A stretch of 64,000 bases of DNA from an uncultured Candidatus Micrarchaeota archaeon (GTDB lineage: Archaea; Micrarchaeota; Micrarchaeia; Anstonellales; Bilamarchaeaceae): the NCBI GenBank assembly GCA_963714085.1, contig OY970229.1:1440001-1504000 (forward strand), given 5' to 3'. Below the pieces are notes generated by a model, which was not told where the DNA came from, ran no database searches, and saw nothing but the letters and a program-made list of their open reading frames with translations. The translations under genes and the position numbers were made by a program. Each line of letters begins with the position of its first letter. Within the stretch, counting starts at the first letter, position 1. Of this stretch, positions 47,290 through 58,100 are shown piece after piece.

Positions 47290-49711
47290 ATGGAAAATCA
47301 GAGGCAGAGGACGCTTTTCAGGAGGGCATACGAAAAACTCACGGTGACGAACGCGAAAAAGGCGCTCGCTGCCGCAACTTTCGCCGCAGCGTTTGGCGGA
47401 TGCGGAAGGGACGCCCTTCTTACGCTTCAAAAATCCGGCGGATCAGAGCCTGGCCAGCAATCCGATGCTGGTTTCGTGGCGAAGGACGCACAGCCTCAGG
47501 TCAGTGTCGACGCCCAGCTTCCGCTCGATTCCACCATGCCTATCGCCGACGCGCAGCCGAAGCAGGATACGTCACCGGCTTTCGCCCGGGACACGGCCGT
47601 TGCCAAGGACACGGGCTCTGCTGCAGTTCCGGACGGCGGCATCGAGGTCCTGGGCCCGGACGCCATGCCGGATATTATCCCGACCCCTGGTCCTGACACC
47701 ATGCCGGCCTGTGTGCCGGGCACGCAACCGACGCAGCAGCCCGATAGCGGGGCTCTTGCTGACGGCGACCCGAAAGCTGCGCCGGTCTTGTTCGTATACT
47801 CCTTCAATACGCTCATCGGAGACAACATCGACCGCACGCTGCTCGACCGCGGCACGGGGCCCTCGACATACCCCATGGGCTCGGACACCGACGTGAACGC
47901 GAACCCGTTCACGGACGGCACCAGCGCGGGCAATCTCGGCCCTTCGGACACCGCATTGTTCAAGATCGACGCCACAATGTTCCCGCCGTTCGCGACTGCG
48001 GCTATAACGGACAATGATGCCGCCAAGTCCTATCAGGCGCAGCAAGCAGTGTGGATAAGCGGCAACACCCACTACTCGGACGCAGCGGCGGCCGTGGTCG
48101 GCACCCTTAACTCGGTTTCCTACACCGTGAAGCTCAGCGGCGCGAACGACGATTTCGGCATACCCGTGTGCACCACGCCGACGAACACCACGAACTACAT
48201 GGTCTGCGACCCGAGCTACCAGACCGCCACGCACAAGGTCACAATTCCGTTCCTCGGCGCCAACTGGGTCATCACTGAAATGACCCCGCCCAGCACGCCG
48301 CTTACCAGCGAAACCCTGCTCGCCAGCGGAGGCTCCGTGAAGCTCGCGCAGGAGGCGGCCGGAGGCACAATAAATGTCGTGGGTACGGGCCCGGGTCCGA
48401 CATACCTGACAGCCGGCAACCTCAGGTTCACGCTCGTGAGCGTCGACCCGTCCGGCGGGACAGCCGTACTCTCTGTTCTGGATACGGCGACCTGCAAAGA
48501 CCTGGGAAAGATTACGTTGCAGGCAGGCACGACCACATATTTCACGGATACGGACGATGGGGTAACGGATCCGCTCCACATCTGGAAAATCTCGCCTGGC
48601 TATACCCTCGGCGCGAGCTGGGCCGACATGTCGATATTCTGGAGAGAGATGACCCTCACATCCGGCCAGGCTCTCGACAATGACAACAGCACCAACCCCT
48701 ACTTGACGGTCTACCTCGGCTGGACGAACAAGGGCGCGTCTACAATCGACACGAACCCTGACCACCTGAGGATGATAGGCCTCTACGCCGCGAGCGGGGA
48801 CATATCGAAGCTCAGCAGCGGAGGGAGTTCGGACCTGAACACGGGCGACTACGTGCCCATACCGCAGAACCCGGTGAGCATGCAGCTGCAGTACAAGGGG
48901 CTCGCATCCACACCGGCCTCGCAGACTCCGCTGACGTTCACTCTGGAACGGGATTCGAACCTCAGCGTCTCGGTCCAGTCCGGCGCGAACAGCCAGACCT
49001 GCACCATATCCGCGCCGTACGTGCACGTCGCCTCTGGGGGATCAGGTTCTATTTTCACTGTCGACGGCATGCAGGGGGCGAACGGAACCGCGTCCGTCTC
49101 GGGCAACGAGTTCTACGTCGCGACGGGCGGCGCGTCCTGCAACGGCTCCACAGGGCAGCTGATGGCAGGGGCGCTTTTCATGCCCTCTTCCGGCTCCATG
49201 AGCTACCTGGACTACGCGTCATACGCGAAGTCGGGCCAAGTGATAGTGAATTATCCTCTCGCAGGGGCCACCCTCCCGGGCATGTCATCCGGGCCAGGGA
49301 CCATCTCATACCAGAACGTGGATGTGGGGAACATGCTGCCCGCGGGCGTAGACTTCGTCTTCTCCGTGGGCGAGGACGCGGGCGTTCTCGAAACCCGCGC
49401 CGATATTCTCACAGTTCGGCCTCAAGCTGAACGGGACGAGCTCGACCTTCAGCTTCGACCTGCAGACGTCCAACGGGGATTATTGGTTCAAGCAGGGCAC
49501 CATCATATCCTGCGGAGCCGGACCAGTCACGGTGCCGAACAGCGAAAGCTCGCCGTCCGGCTGCATGCTACCGTCCAGCGGGGACATGTTCAGGAAGCCG
49601 GGGTACATAAACGACCGCGGCTCCACGTTCCTCGATATAGGGGAAACGAAAGTCCTGCTCGCCACCGCGAGCCCGCTGACCTACGCGCAGTTCGTGCTGG
49701 CGAAGAAGTAG
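47290..49711 (+). pseudogene. S-layer-like lipoprotein with a +1 frameshift near 49411-49414
   Basis: Lipobox FGGC, Asp-x-x linker and Thr/Gly/Ser-rich body; plausible sequence continues in the +1 frame (FGLKLNGTSS...GYINDRGSTF...FVLAKK, stop 49711), ending just before the convergent gene. Confidence 0.75.
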
Positions 49712-49714
49712 CTC

Positions 49715-49909
49715 TTATTTTTTCTTCATCAATTTCCGGTACTCTTCCATTCCCAGCTGTATCGGCGGCCCGGAATAGCCGCATTTGGAGCACTTTATCG
49801 TCGCACCTATGCTGTTCACGCGCCAGTCGCTCATCCCGCCCGTGGAGAAATACTCCTTGGCCTCCACGGGCTTGAGGCATTTCGGGCAGAAAGTCACATC
49901 CGGAGCCAT
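49715..49909 (-). CDS. Small zinc-ribbon protein
   Basis: FCPKC...CSKCGYSGP. Confidence 0.75.
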   Translation of the reverse strand: MAPDVTFCPKCLKPVEAKEYFSTGGMSDWRVNSIGATIKCSKCGYSGPPIQLGMEEYRKLMKKK

Positions 49910-50013
49910 GGCTACGACCTTCGGCGTTAGGTTTAAAAATGCTTCCCGGAAATAACAAGCCTTACCCAATTACCAATCCGGGGCATGACTCTGGTTTGGG
50001 AGGGCTTGATTAT

Positions 50014-50652
50014 ATGCCGATAGACAAGAAGAAGCTCAGCGACGCGCTAAAGAAGGCGCTCGAGGACAAGGGGAAGAAGAAATTCAACCAGAGCGTGGAG
50101 CTCATAATCAACGTGAGGGGCGTGGACTTCGCCAAGTCCGAGAACCGCCTCAACCTGGACATCCTGCTCCCCAAGGGCAAGGGAGGCAAGGAGCTGAAAG
50201 TCGCGGTCATAGCCGAAGAGGCGATCGCGAACGAGGCCAAGAAGGCGGGCGCGGACCTCATAATCCCGCCCGCGCAGCTTCCGGCCTGGTCCGCGAAGGA
50301 GAAGATGGTGGAGCTGGCGGACAACTACATGCTGCTCGCGCAGCCCAACCTGATGGGCCAGGTGGCCAAGTCCCTTGGTCAGTACCTGGGTCCGAGGGGT
50401 AAGCTCCCGAGGCCCCTGGTCGGCAACGTCGCGCCGCTGATAGCCAGCGCGAAGAAATCGATCAGGATCGTCTCCAGGGGCAAGTACCTGCCAGTGGCCC
50501 AGGCCTTCGTCGGCACTGAGTCCATGAGCGAGGAGGACCTGCTGGAGAACGTGGAGGCCGTGTACGATGCGGTCAAGAACAAGGTGTCCGAGCCGAGCAT
50601 AAAGTCCGCTTATGTCAAGCTGACGATGGGCAGGCCGGTGAAGGTGCTGTGA
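50014..50652 (+). CDS. rpl1: 50S ribosomal protein uL1
   Basis: KFNQSVEL, LGPRGK.P and VKLTMG. Confidence 0.96.
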   Translation: MPIDKKKLSDALKKALEDKGKKKFNQSVELIINVRGVDFAKSENRLNLDILLPKGKGGKELKVAVIAEEAIANEAKKAGADLIIPPAQLPAWSAKEKMVELADNYMLLAQPNLMGQVAKSLGQYLGPRGKLPRPLVGNVAPLIASAKKSIRIVSRGKYLPVAQAFVGTESMSEEDLLENVEAVYDAVKNKVSEPSIKSAYVKLTMGRPVKVL

Positions 50653-50662
50653 GGTGGCGTTC

Positions 50663-51532
50663 ATGAAGAAGGATTACAAGGTCGACCTGAAGAGGAAAGC
50701 GGTGAAGGAGAAGGTCCAGGACGTGGAGAGCGCCATAGCGGACATGAAGAAATATCCGACCACGGCGGTCATAGACCTGAGGAAGCTCCCCACCTCGCTG
50801 CTGCAGAACCTGAGGAAGAAGATCCGCGATGACGGGGGCAAGGTGCTCATACTCAAGAAGCCGGTGCTCGAGCGCGTGCTCAAGGCCAGCCCGAAGCTCT
50901 CCGACAAGGCCGCGGACTGCGACAAGCCGCTCGGCCTCATACTCACGTCATGGTCGCCGCTCGAGCTCTACCAGTTCTTCAAGCAGAACAAGAAGAGGAG
51001 GGCGGCCAAGGTGGGCGACGTCGCGCCGTTCGACATAATCGTGCCAGAAGGCGAGACCGACCTGCCGCCTGGTCCTGCGCTCTCGGAATTGAAGACCGCC
51101 GGGCTCAACGTCCAGATAAAGGGCGGGAAGATAATGATATCCAAGGACAGCACGGTGGCCAAGATGGGCGAGCCCATAACCGCGCCCAAGGTGTCCGCGT
51201 TGCAGAAACTCAATGTCAAGCCGTTCGAGATAAGCGTGAACTATGTATTCGGGTTCGACGGCAAGTACGTCTACGCGGCGGACCTCTTCGCCATAGACGA
51301 CACGATCGCGGCGGACCTCCGCCTGTGCATGTCCGACGCGTTCAACCTGTCGCTCAACGCGTCCTACCCGACAAGCCAGAACATAGACGCGCTGCTCACC
51401 TTCGCGATGAAGCAGTCGGCTAACCTGGCGATCAACGGCGGCATATACTCATCTGGCTCGATGGAGCAGCTTCTCGTCTCTGCCCTGCGGCAGGGTTCGG
51501 CTCTGGAAGGCCTTGAGACAAAGAAACAATGA
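50663..51532 (+). CDS. rplP0: 50S ribosomal protein uL10 (P0)
   Basis: AK.G..AP.DI.VP.G.T..PPGP, GGKI.I.KD and L.KL..KP. Confidence 0.95.
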   Translation: MKKDYKVDLKRKAVKEKVQDVESAIADMKKYPTTAVIDLRKLPTSLLQNLRKKIRDDGGKVLILKKPVLERVLKASPKLSDKAADCDKPLGLILTSWSPLELYQFFKQNKKRRAAKVGDVAPFDIIVPEGETDLPPGPALSELKTAGLNVQIKGGKIMISKDSTVAKMGEPITAPKVSALQKLNVKPFEISVNYVFGFDGKYVYAADLFAIDDTIAADLRLCMSDAFNLSLNASYPTSQNIDALLTFAMKQSANLAINGGIYSSGSMEQLLVSALRQGSALEGLETKKQ

Positions 51533-51541
51533 GGTGGAAAT

Positions 51542-51853
51542 ATGGCGAAAATAGATCCTTATCTGCATGCGGTACTTCTCCTCCATGGGGCGGGGAAGGA
51601 GGTCACTTCCGAGGGCATAGTCAGCGTACTCAAGGCCGGCGGAGTGTCCGCCGACGAGGCGAAGGCCAAGGTCCTCGCGGACGCGGTGAAGGGAGTGAAC
51701 TTCGAAGAGCTCCTGAAGCAGTCCATGATGGTGGCTGCCCCGGCGGCTGCGGCTCCGGCTGCGGCAGAGGGCAAGAAGGAGAAGAAGGAGGAAGAGAAGG
51801 AGGAGAAGAAGGAAGAGCAGGCCGCAGAGGGCCTCGCGAGCTTGTTCGGCTGA
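51542..51853 (+). CDS. rpl12p: Ribosomal stalk protein P1 (L12p)
   Basis: LLLH..GKE, Ala-rich hinge and EEQAAEGLASLFG. Confidence 0.96.
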   Translation: MAKIDPYLHAVLLLHGAGKEVTSEGIVSVLKAGGVSADEAKAKVLADAVKGVNFEELLKQSMMVAAPAAAAPAAAEGKKEKKEEEKEEKKEEQAAEGLASLFG

Positions 51854-51923
51854 ATCCCCTTCCAATTTTTCTTTCTTTCAACAAAATAACGAAACATGGT
51901 TTTGGTTTTTAGAGGTGGAATGC

Positions 51924-52148
51924 ATGGCGGAACGAAGGCCTTTTGACGTGTTGAACAGCTCGCTGAACAACACAGTGATAATCGGGATGAAGGGAGGGTA
52001 CGAGTTCAGGGGCGTGATGGTCGCATACGACATACACATGAACATCGTGCTGGAGAAGGCGGAGCAGATGAGGGACGGCCAGGTCACCAGGGGCATGGGC
52101 ATGATACTCCTGCGCGGCGACTCGGTCACGTTCATCTCGCCGTCCTGA
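51924..52148 (+). CDS. Sm-like (LSm/SmAP) RNA-binding protein
   Basis: RPFDVL, YD.HMNIVL and LRGD. Confidence 0.93.
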   Translation: MAERRPFDVLNSSLNNTVIIGMKGGYEFRGVMVAYDIHMNIVLEKAEQMRDGQVTRGMGMILLRGDSVTFISPS

Positions 52149-52299
52149 TGAGCGAAGCTCATCGGGGCATCGTTGCCATCTGGCAGCGGGGTCCTGAAAG
52201 GGAAATCTTTAAAAATTTCTCTTATCAAAGCTGTCATCACCTTTTTCTGAAAGGTTGGCAGCCAGAATGGATAATCAAACGTTATGGAGGATGAGTTGA

Positions 52300-53577
52300 A
52301 TGGCAAAGAAAGAACACCTGAACCTAGTGTTCATCGGACACGTCGACTCTGGTAAGTCGACGACAGTGGGAAGGATTCTGTACGAGACCGGAGCCATCTC
52401 CGAGCAGGTGCTGAACAAGCTCAAGGAGGAGGCGGCCAAGGTCGGAAAGGCGACCTTCGAGTTCGCATTCGTCATGGACGAGCTCAAGGAGGAGCGTGAG
52501 AGGGGAGTCACCATCGACATCTCCCACAGGGAGTTCGAGACCCCGAAGTACTACTGCACCATCATCGACGCGCCGGGGCACAGGGACTTCGTGAAGAACA
52601 TGATCACGGGCGCATCCCAGGCGGACGCCGCGGTGCTCATGATATCGGTCAAGGACGGCATCCAGCCGCAGACCAAGGAGCACGCGTTCCTCGCGAAGGT
52701 GCTCGGAATCAGCCAGCTGACCGTGAACATGAACAAGATGGACGCGGTGGGCTACAAGAAGGAGGAATTCGACAAGGTCAAGGCGGAGGCAGAGAAGCTC
52801 CTGAAGGGCATCGGCTACAAGATAGAAATGGTCAAGTTCGTGCCGTGCTCCTCGTACAACGGGGACAACCTGACCAAGAAATCGGACAAGATGCCGTGGT
52901 ACACCGGCCCGACGCTCATAGAGGTCGTGGACTCGTTCACCATCCCGGCGAAGCCGAAGGACAAGCCGCTCAGGCTGCCGATCCAAGATGTCTTCACCAT
53001 CACAGGGCACGGGACCGTGCCGGTGGGCAGGGTGGAGACCGGAGTCCTTAAGCCGGGCATGTCAGTAGTGATAATGCCATCTGGCGCGAAGGGCGAAGTC
53101 AAGAAGATCGAGATGCACCACCAGGAGCTCACGGAAGCCGGCCCTGGCGACAACGTGGGCTTCAACCTGAAAGGTGTCGAGAAGAAGGACATCAAGAGGG
53201 GAGATGTCCTCGGTCCGACCACCTCGCCGCCGACCGTGGCAGCCGAGTTCAAGGCGCAGATCGTGGTGCTCAACCACCCGACCGCGATATCGGTCGGCTA
53301 CACGCCGGTATTCCACATCCACACCGCGCAGTTCGCGGGCAGGATAACGGAACTCGTCGAGAAGAAGGACCCCAAGAGCGGCCAGGCTATGCCCGGCAAG
53401 CCGGAGTTCCTCAAGACCGGCGATGTCGGCGTTGTGAAGATACAGCCGCTCAAGAACGTCGTGATCGAGAAGTTCTCGGAGTTCCCGCCTCTGGGCAGGT
53501 TCGCCCTCAGGGACATGGGCCAGACCGTGGCCGCGGGAGTCGTGCTCGACGTCACCCCGAAGAAGCTCGAAGGGTGA
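52300..53577 (+). CDS. tuf: Elongation factor aEF-1alpha
   Basis: [30 protein letters not shown] and GRFALRDMG. Confidence 0.98.
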   Translation: MAKKEHLNLVFIGHVDSGKSTTVGRILYETGAISEQVLNKLKEEAAKVGKATFEFAFVMDELKEERERGVTIDISHREFETPKYYCTIIDAPGHRDFVKNMITGASQADAAVLMISVKDGIQPQTKEHAFLAKVLGISQLTVNMNKMDAVGYKKEEFDKVKAEAEKLLKGIGYKIEMVKFVPCSSYNGDNLTKKSDKMPWYTGPTLIEVVDSFTIPAKPKDKPLRLPIQDVFTITGHGTVPVGRVETGVLKPGMSVVIMPSGAKGEVKKIEMHHQELTEAGPGDNVGFNLKGVEKKDIKRGDVLGPTTSPPTVAAEFKAQIVVLNHPTAISVGYTPVFHIHTAQFAGRITELVEKKDPKSGQAMPGKPEFLKTGDVGVVKIQPLKNVVIEKFSEFPPLGRFALRDMGQTVAAGVVLDVTPKKLEG

Positions 53578-53578
53578 A

Positions 53579-53615
53579 ATCCTTTCTTTTTTATTCTCTC
53601 TTTTATCTTTCTCCC
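53579..53615 (+). terminator. Oligo-T archaeal terminator after tuf
   Basis: cctttcttttttattctctcttttatcttt directly after the stop. Confidence 0.6.
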
Positions 53616-53661
53616 TAAAACAAACCCCCTAGCGCGAGCCCGGGGAAGATGAAACGAAAAA

Positions 53662-54417
53662 TCATTGTCCGCCCGCGGCGCGCTCGACGACCGTCACCGC
53701 GAAAGCGCAGGCCCATGGGATGTTGGCAGCGACACGGACCCCGTTTCCGACGAAGTAAGCCAGGGAGCCGTGATAGCCGGTGGAGCCCTCTAACGAGTCC
53801 TCGGCCATCACGTAAGCATGTTTTATGCTGGGAACTGGACGCTCTGATCCTGACAGGCGGCTCCTGGCATCGAGCAAGATCAATGCGTCCCGCCTCGAAA
53901 GGACCCTGACATCCGCCTCGGTGAACCCATCAGTCACTGAGATGACATGCCGGTCGTCTACTCGCTTCAGCCTGAGCTTTTCCAGCCTGATGACCGCCAT
54001 GCCGACGGCCTGCCTCAGGCCGATTCTCCCGGAAGCCCCTCCTGGCCGCGCTATCGAAACACCCACGTCGGGTATCTCCAGGACGTTCTTGATGCCGTGC
54101 TCGACATAGACCCGCCTGTCCCCTAGCGGCTCATCTCTTTTTTCAAAAAAGCCTCTCGCATAGACTGCGTATTCGCCGGTCCTCATCCACGTATCGCTCA
54201 AATCGGGCGGCAGCGACCTCTTTATCGATTCGCGAACACCGGCTATGTACGATTGGTTGTGGTCTTCCACCAGCATGATCCGTTCGGTCTCAGGGGCGTA
54301 GAGCCCGCTTGAGCGGAGGGCGAACGTCATCCTCTGGGTGTAGGCGCCCTCCAACGGCCGTATCCTTCGGCCGTCTGGCAATCTGTAATTAGCTTCCTGA
54401 ACCGCCGTTGCACCCAT
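53662..54417 (-). CDS. Hypothetical protein, weakly similar in layout to 22815..23477
   Basis: 251-aa ORF with AGGTG SD upstream. Confidence 0.55.
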   Translation of the reverse strand: MGATAVQEANYRLPDGRRIRPLEGAYTQRMTFALRSSGLYAPETERIMLVEDHNQSYIAGVRESIKRSLPPDLSDTWMRTGEYAVYARGFFEKRDEPLGDRRVYVEHGIKNVLEIPDVGVSIARPGGASGRIGLRQAVGMAVIRLEKLRLKRVDDRHVISVTDGFTEADVRVLSRRDALILLDARSRLSGSERPVPSIKHAYVMAEDSLEGSTGYHGSLAYFVGNGVRVAANIPWACAFAVTVVERAAGGQ

Positions 54418-54532
54418 GTCTACACCTGATTGTCGTAGGTATACTGTGCATTGACGTACTTAAAAACCTATCTTTTGACACACTCCCGCCATGGCGGTCT
54501 CGAGTCCGCCGGGACCGTGCCGCCCCCCGGGC

Positions 54533-55501
54533 TCATACGACCGGTATGTAGCTCGTCTTGTAATTGCTCACCCGCGAGTAATACACGTATTCCTTGATAT
54601 CGTCCGGGAACCTGGTCCTCAGCCCATCCATTATCCTGATGAGCTCGTCGAAGCCCTGCACCTCGAGGTCTATCTCCACGTCGCTGGTTATCAGCGTCCG
54701 CTCTGCGTAGACGACGTTCGGCAGGGAAAGGGCATGGGCCTTTATCTCTTCGGTGCGGCCATGGTCCCTGAGCCAGATGTCGACCTTGTAGTACTCGTAG
54801 CCTAAGGCACTTATGTCTATTATCGGGCGGAACCCGACGATCACCTTCCTTTCTATCAGGCTCCGCAGGCGGTAGCGCGCCGTGACGATGCTCACGCCCA
54901 GCTTCTTCGCTATGTCCGTCAGGGAGGCGCGGGCGTTGTTCGAGATGAACGCGAGCAGCGCGAAATCGACTTTGTCGAGCTTCTCGATCGCCGTCTTGGC
55001 GATGGTCGCGAACGTCTCCTTCCCGTTCGCCTTGGACGGCAGCAGATACGACCTCGTGAACTCGAGGTACTCCGTCATGGTCGAAAGATGGGTGCTGGAT
55101 ACGTACTCTCCGAACCGTTCCTTGAAGGAGAACCAGAAAGCCTCGTATTCCCAGGGGTCGCGGGCCCATATCCCCAATGCGAGGTGGAACTGTCCGGTGA
55201 TGCGGTAGAAAACCGAGACGTTCTTGGCGTCCCGCAGGTAGTCCGTCATCTCCTCTTCTATCTTCGGGTTGGTGTTCTGCAATCTTATGTAGAGGCGGTA
55301 GACCGTGAATCCGAGCTTCGCGAAGTTTATCACCGTGTAATAGCCGTTTATGACGCCATCCTTCTCCAGCTGCGCGATCCGGTATTTCACGGTCTCTTTC
55401 GCGACCCGTATCCTCTTGCCCAGCTCGCTGTAGCTTATCCTCGCGTCCTTGTCCAGCTCCGAGAGTATCTTCCTATCCGTCTGGTCCAATTCCTTCATCA
55501 T
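54533..55501 (-). CDS. Tandem (double) Lrp/AsnC-family regulator
   Basis: Two LD..D..IL..L...AR.S HTH plus RAM units. Confidence 0.9.
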   Translation of the reverse strand: MMKELDQTDRKILSELDKDARISYSELGKRIRVAKETVKYRIAQLEKDGVINGYYTVINFAKLGFTVYRLYIRLQNTNPKIEEEMTDYLRDAKNVSVFYRITGQFHLALGIWARDPWEYEAFWFSFKERFGEYVSSTHLSTMTEYLEFTRSYLLPSKANGKETFATIAKTAIEKLDKVDFALLAFISNNARASLTDIAKKLGVSIVTARYRLRSLIERKVIVGFRPIIDISALGYEYYKVDIWLRDHGRTEEIKAHALSLPNVVYAERTLITSDVEIDLEVQGFDELIRIMDGLRTRFPDDIKEYVYYSRVSNYKTSYIPVV

Positions 55502-55627
55502 ATTGGCTATTTCTTATGAAATAATATAAAAATCATTCTATTTTAGCAAAAAACCTGTAAAAACATTAATATAATCGTTAAGCACAATAGAATACAGAAA
55601 TTAACACATAAAACACGGTGACCCAAG

Positions 55628-56716
55628 ATGAAACTCCTGTACGCGCATGTGAAGGATCTGAACGTCCGGGCAGGCGCGAGCGATTCCCATGCCGAAAAAA
55701 AACTAAAGAAGGCGCTGGGCAGCTCTTTGCCCCAGCTGGACGAGCGCTCCATGATCACCAGCGCGGATAACGCGTTGCTGGTCTTCGCCAGCATAGAGAA
55801 GGGCGATGACAAGACGGACCTGGAGGAGGTCAAAAAGGACGTGCTTCGCGCGAGGGCGCTGCTGGGAGTCCCGGAGATAGTGATTGGAAGCTTCGCGCAC
55901 CTGAGCAATGATACGGCAGAACCAGGGCTTGCGAAAACGGTGGTTGAGAGGCTGCTTGAGCTGGTGCGTCTTGAGCACACGGCTACAAAATCCCTGCCAT
56001 TCGGGTGGGACAAGAGCTTGGATTTCCACCTGCCCCTGCACCACTACAACATGGCGCACCGGGAGTTCAAGCCGCCCGCGACGTGGGACGATTTGGCGGA
56101 CGATTACCACGCGTACATGCTGCGCACAGGCCATTACGAGGCGCAGTACCGCCTGCTGCATTCCTTAAAGCGCCGGCACATCCATGGGAAGGTGCTGGAC
56201 GTGGGATGCGGGGCAGGGGAGGTGTTGAAGTACCTCTATGCCGGGCGATCAGGAATATGCACGTACATAGGGTTGGACACCTCGGAACGTATGGTGAGCC
56301 TGGCAAAACGGAACAATGCGGCCTGTGCGGTTACGGGTAGAGCCCCATTCCCGGCCCGCTTCGTGCATGCAGGCGTCGAAACAGCGGAAGGCCCATTCAA
56401 AAGCGTCATACTGCTGAACAGTATCGGATACCTGGACATGGATTCCACGCTGGAACGCATAAAGGGCATCATGTCTCCAAAAGCGAAGCTGATAATCGGG
56501 GAGGAGGATCCTTTCGTCCCCGGTTTCATTGGAAAATGCGCCATGAGAATGAGGAAACTGCTTGAAAACGCCAGACATGTACCGGTGGAGGAACTCGCAC
56601 GGCTGATAAGCGCAAAAGGTTTCCTAAAAATTGACGAGAGCAGGGTTGACATAGACGGAGAGCACGGCCTGGTCGGGATGGTCTTCCAGAAATCCAGCGC
56701 CAAAGCCCGACCGTAG
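55628..56716 (+). CDS. Archaeal ThrRS editing domain fused to a class I SAM methyltransferase
   Basis: LLVFASIEKGD, FAHLS..A.P..A and PFGW.K (editing domain), then VLDVGCGAG and GLD.S..M (MTase). Confidence 0.78.
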   Translation: MKLLYAHVKDLNVRAGASDSHAEKKLKKALGSSLPQLDERSMITSADNALLVFASIEKGDDKTDLEEVKKDVLRARALLGVPEIVIGSFAHLSNDTAEPGLAKTVVERLLELVRLEHTATKSLPFGWDKSLDFHLPLHHYNMAHREFKPPATWDDLADDYHAYMLRTGHYEAQYRLLHSLKRRHIHGKVLDVGCGAGEVLKYLYAGRSGICTYIGLDTSERMVSLAKRNNAACAVTGRAPFPARFVHAGVETAEGPFKSVILLNSIGYLDMDSTLERIKGIMSPKAKLIIGEEDPFVPGFIGKCAMRMRKLLENARHVPVEELARLISAKGFLKIDESRVDIDGEHGLVGMVFQKSSAKARP

Positions 56717-56720
56717 CGCT

Positions 56721-58100
56721 TCAGTCGATAATCTCCTTCAGCATGCCGGCGATCTCCTTGGCGTCGAAAGTGCCCTTGGTCTCCTGCATGACCTTGCCCA
56801 CCAGGAAGAACAGGGATTTCTGGTTCCCTGACCTGTAATCGAGGACCGCCTTCTCGTTCGCCTTCATGGCTCTCAGGCACGCGTCCTTCAAAGCCGACGA
56901 GTCCGCGCTCTTCAGCAGGCCGGAGCTCTTGGCGATATCGGTAGGCGTGGCCGCGCGCCCCTCTTTCAGAGCGTCCAGCAGCAGCGCGAGGACCTGGTCC
57001 GCGGCGTTGTCGGTTATCGCGCCGGATGAGAACAATCCGTAGAGCTCGCCCAGCTGCTTCGCGGTGAGCCCGCTCTTCCTGAACGCAAGGTTGCTTAGGT
57101 TAAGCTTCCTCCGCACCGGTCCGCGCATCCAGTTCGCGAGCTTCTGGGCGTCGAACTGGCCCGCGATGCTCTCATAAGCGTCTGCGAACTCCTTCTCTAT
57201 CACGAGCACGGACGCATCGTCCTTGCCTATCCTGTACTGCTTGACGAGCCGTTCCGCGCGCATGTCCGGCAGCTCGGCGACATCCTTGGCTACGCCCAGC
57301 CATTCCTCCTTGGTTATGCGCACCGGCGGGATGTCCGGGTCAGGGACGTAGCGGTAGTCGTCCGCGGTCTCCTTCTTCCTCATCCTTTTCGTGATCCCGC
57401 TGTTCTCGTCGAAATGCCTGGTCTCCTGGACGACCTCCATCCCCTGCTCGCGCATGGTCTGCTGCCTCTTTATCTCGAACGATAAGGCGTCGTAGACGTT
57501 GGAGAACGAGTTGATGTTCTTGACCTCCACCCTCGCGCCGCCCTCTATGCTCACGTTGGAGTCCACGCGCATGGTGCCCACGTCGTCCTTGATGGCGTCG
57601 AAGTAGCGGAGGTAATGCTCCAGCTTGCCCAGGAAGTCCCTGGCGTCCTGCGGGTTTTTCATGTCCGGCGCGGTCACTATCTCGGCCAGCGGGATGCCGC
57701 TCCGGTTGTAGTCAACCTGCCCTTCCTTGAGCTCGTACCTGCCAGGATCCTCTTCGAAGTGCACCTCCCAGATGCCGATAGAATTGAACTTCCCACCCTT
57801 TGCCAAAGGCCTGGAGGTCCGTTGATACCCAGAGGGAAGGTCTGGGTAGAAATAATGCTTCCTCTGCACGAACACCGGCGCATCCAGCTCCGGCTTCGCA
57901 CCGAGCATGGCCGCTATCCTGAGCGCGTTGCTTATCGCCCTTGCGTTGGGCGCCATGGGCTTCCCGCCTGGCTGGCCCGAGCATACCGGGCAGATGTTGC
58001 TGTTCGGTTCTGCGTGGCCGTAATCCGTGCGGCATTTGCAGAACAGCTTCGCATCCGTGTTCAGCTGGACGTGTATCTCCAGCCCTATCATGACATTCAT
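56721..58100 (-). CDS. gatB: Asp/Glu-tRNA amidotransferase subunit B
   Basis: IGLEIH, RKHYFYPDLP, EIVTAPD, EVKNINS and DYRY.PDPD. Confidence 0.97.
   Translation of the reverse strand: MNVMIGLEIHVQLNTDAKLFCKCRTDYGHAEPNSNICPVCSGQPGGKPMAPNARAISNALRIAAMLGAKPELDAPVFVQRKHYFYPDLPSGYQRTSRPLAKGGKFNSIGIWEVHFEEDPGRYELKEGQVDYNRSGIPLAEIVTAPDMKNPQDARDFLGKLEHYLRYFDAIKDDVGTMRVDSNVSIEGGARVEVKNINSFSNVYDALSFEIKRQQTMREQGMEVVQETRHFDENSGITKRMRKKETADDYRYVPDPDIPPVRITKEEWLGVAKDVAELPDMRAERLVKQYRIGKDDASVLVIEKEFADAYESIAGQFDAQKLANWMRGPVRRKLNLSNLAFRKSGLTAKQLGELYGLFSSGAITDNAADQVLALLLDALKEGRAATPTDIAKSSGLLKSADSSALKDACLRAMKANEKAVLDYRSGNQKSLFFLVGKVMQETKGTFDAKEIAGMLKEIID

Noticed and set aside
49415..49875. Arg/His-rich tail of the 864-aa ORF as a real domain
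   Set aside because: Out-of-frame read-through that overlaps the convergent zinc-ribbon gene
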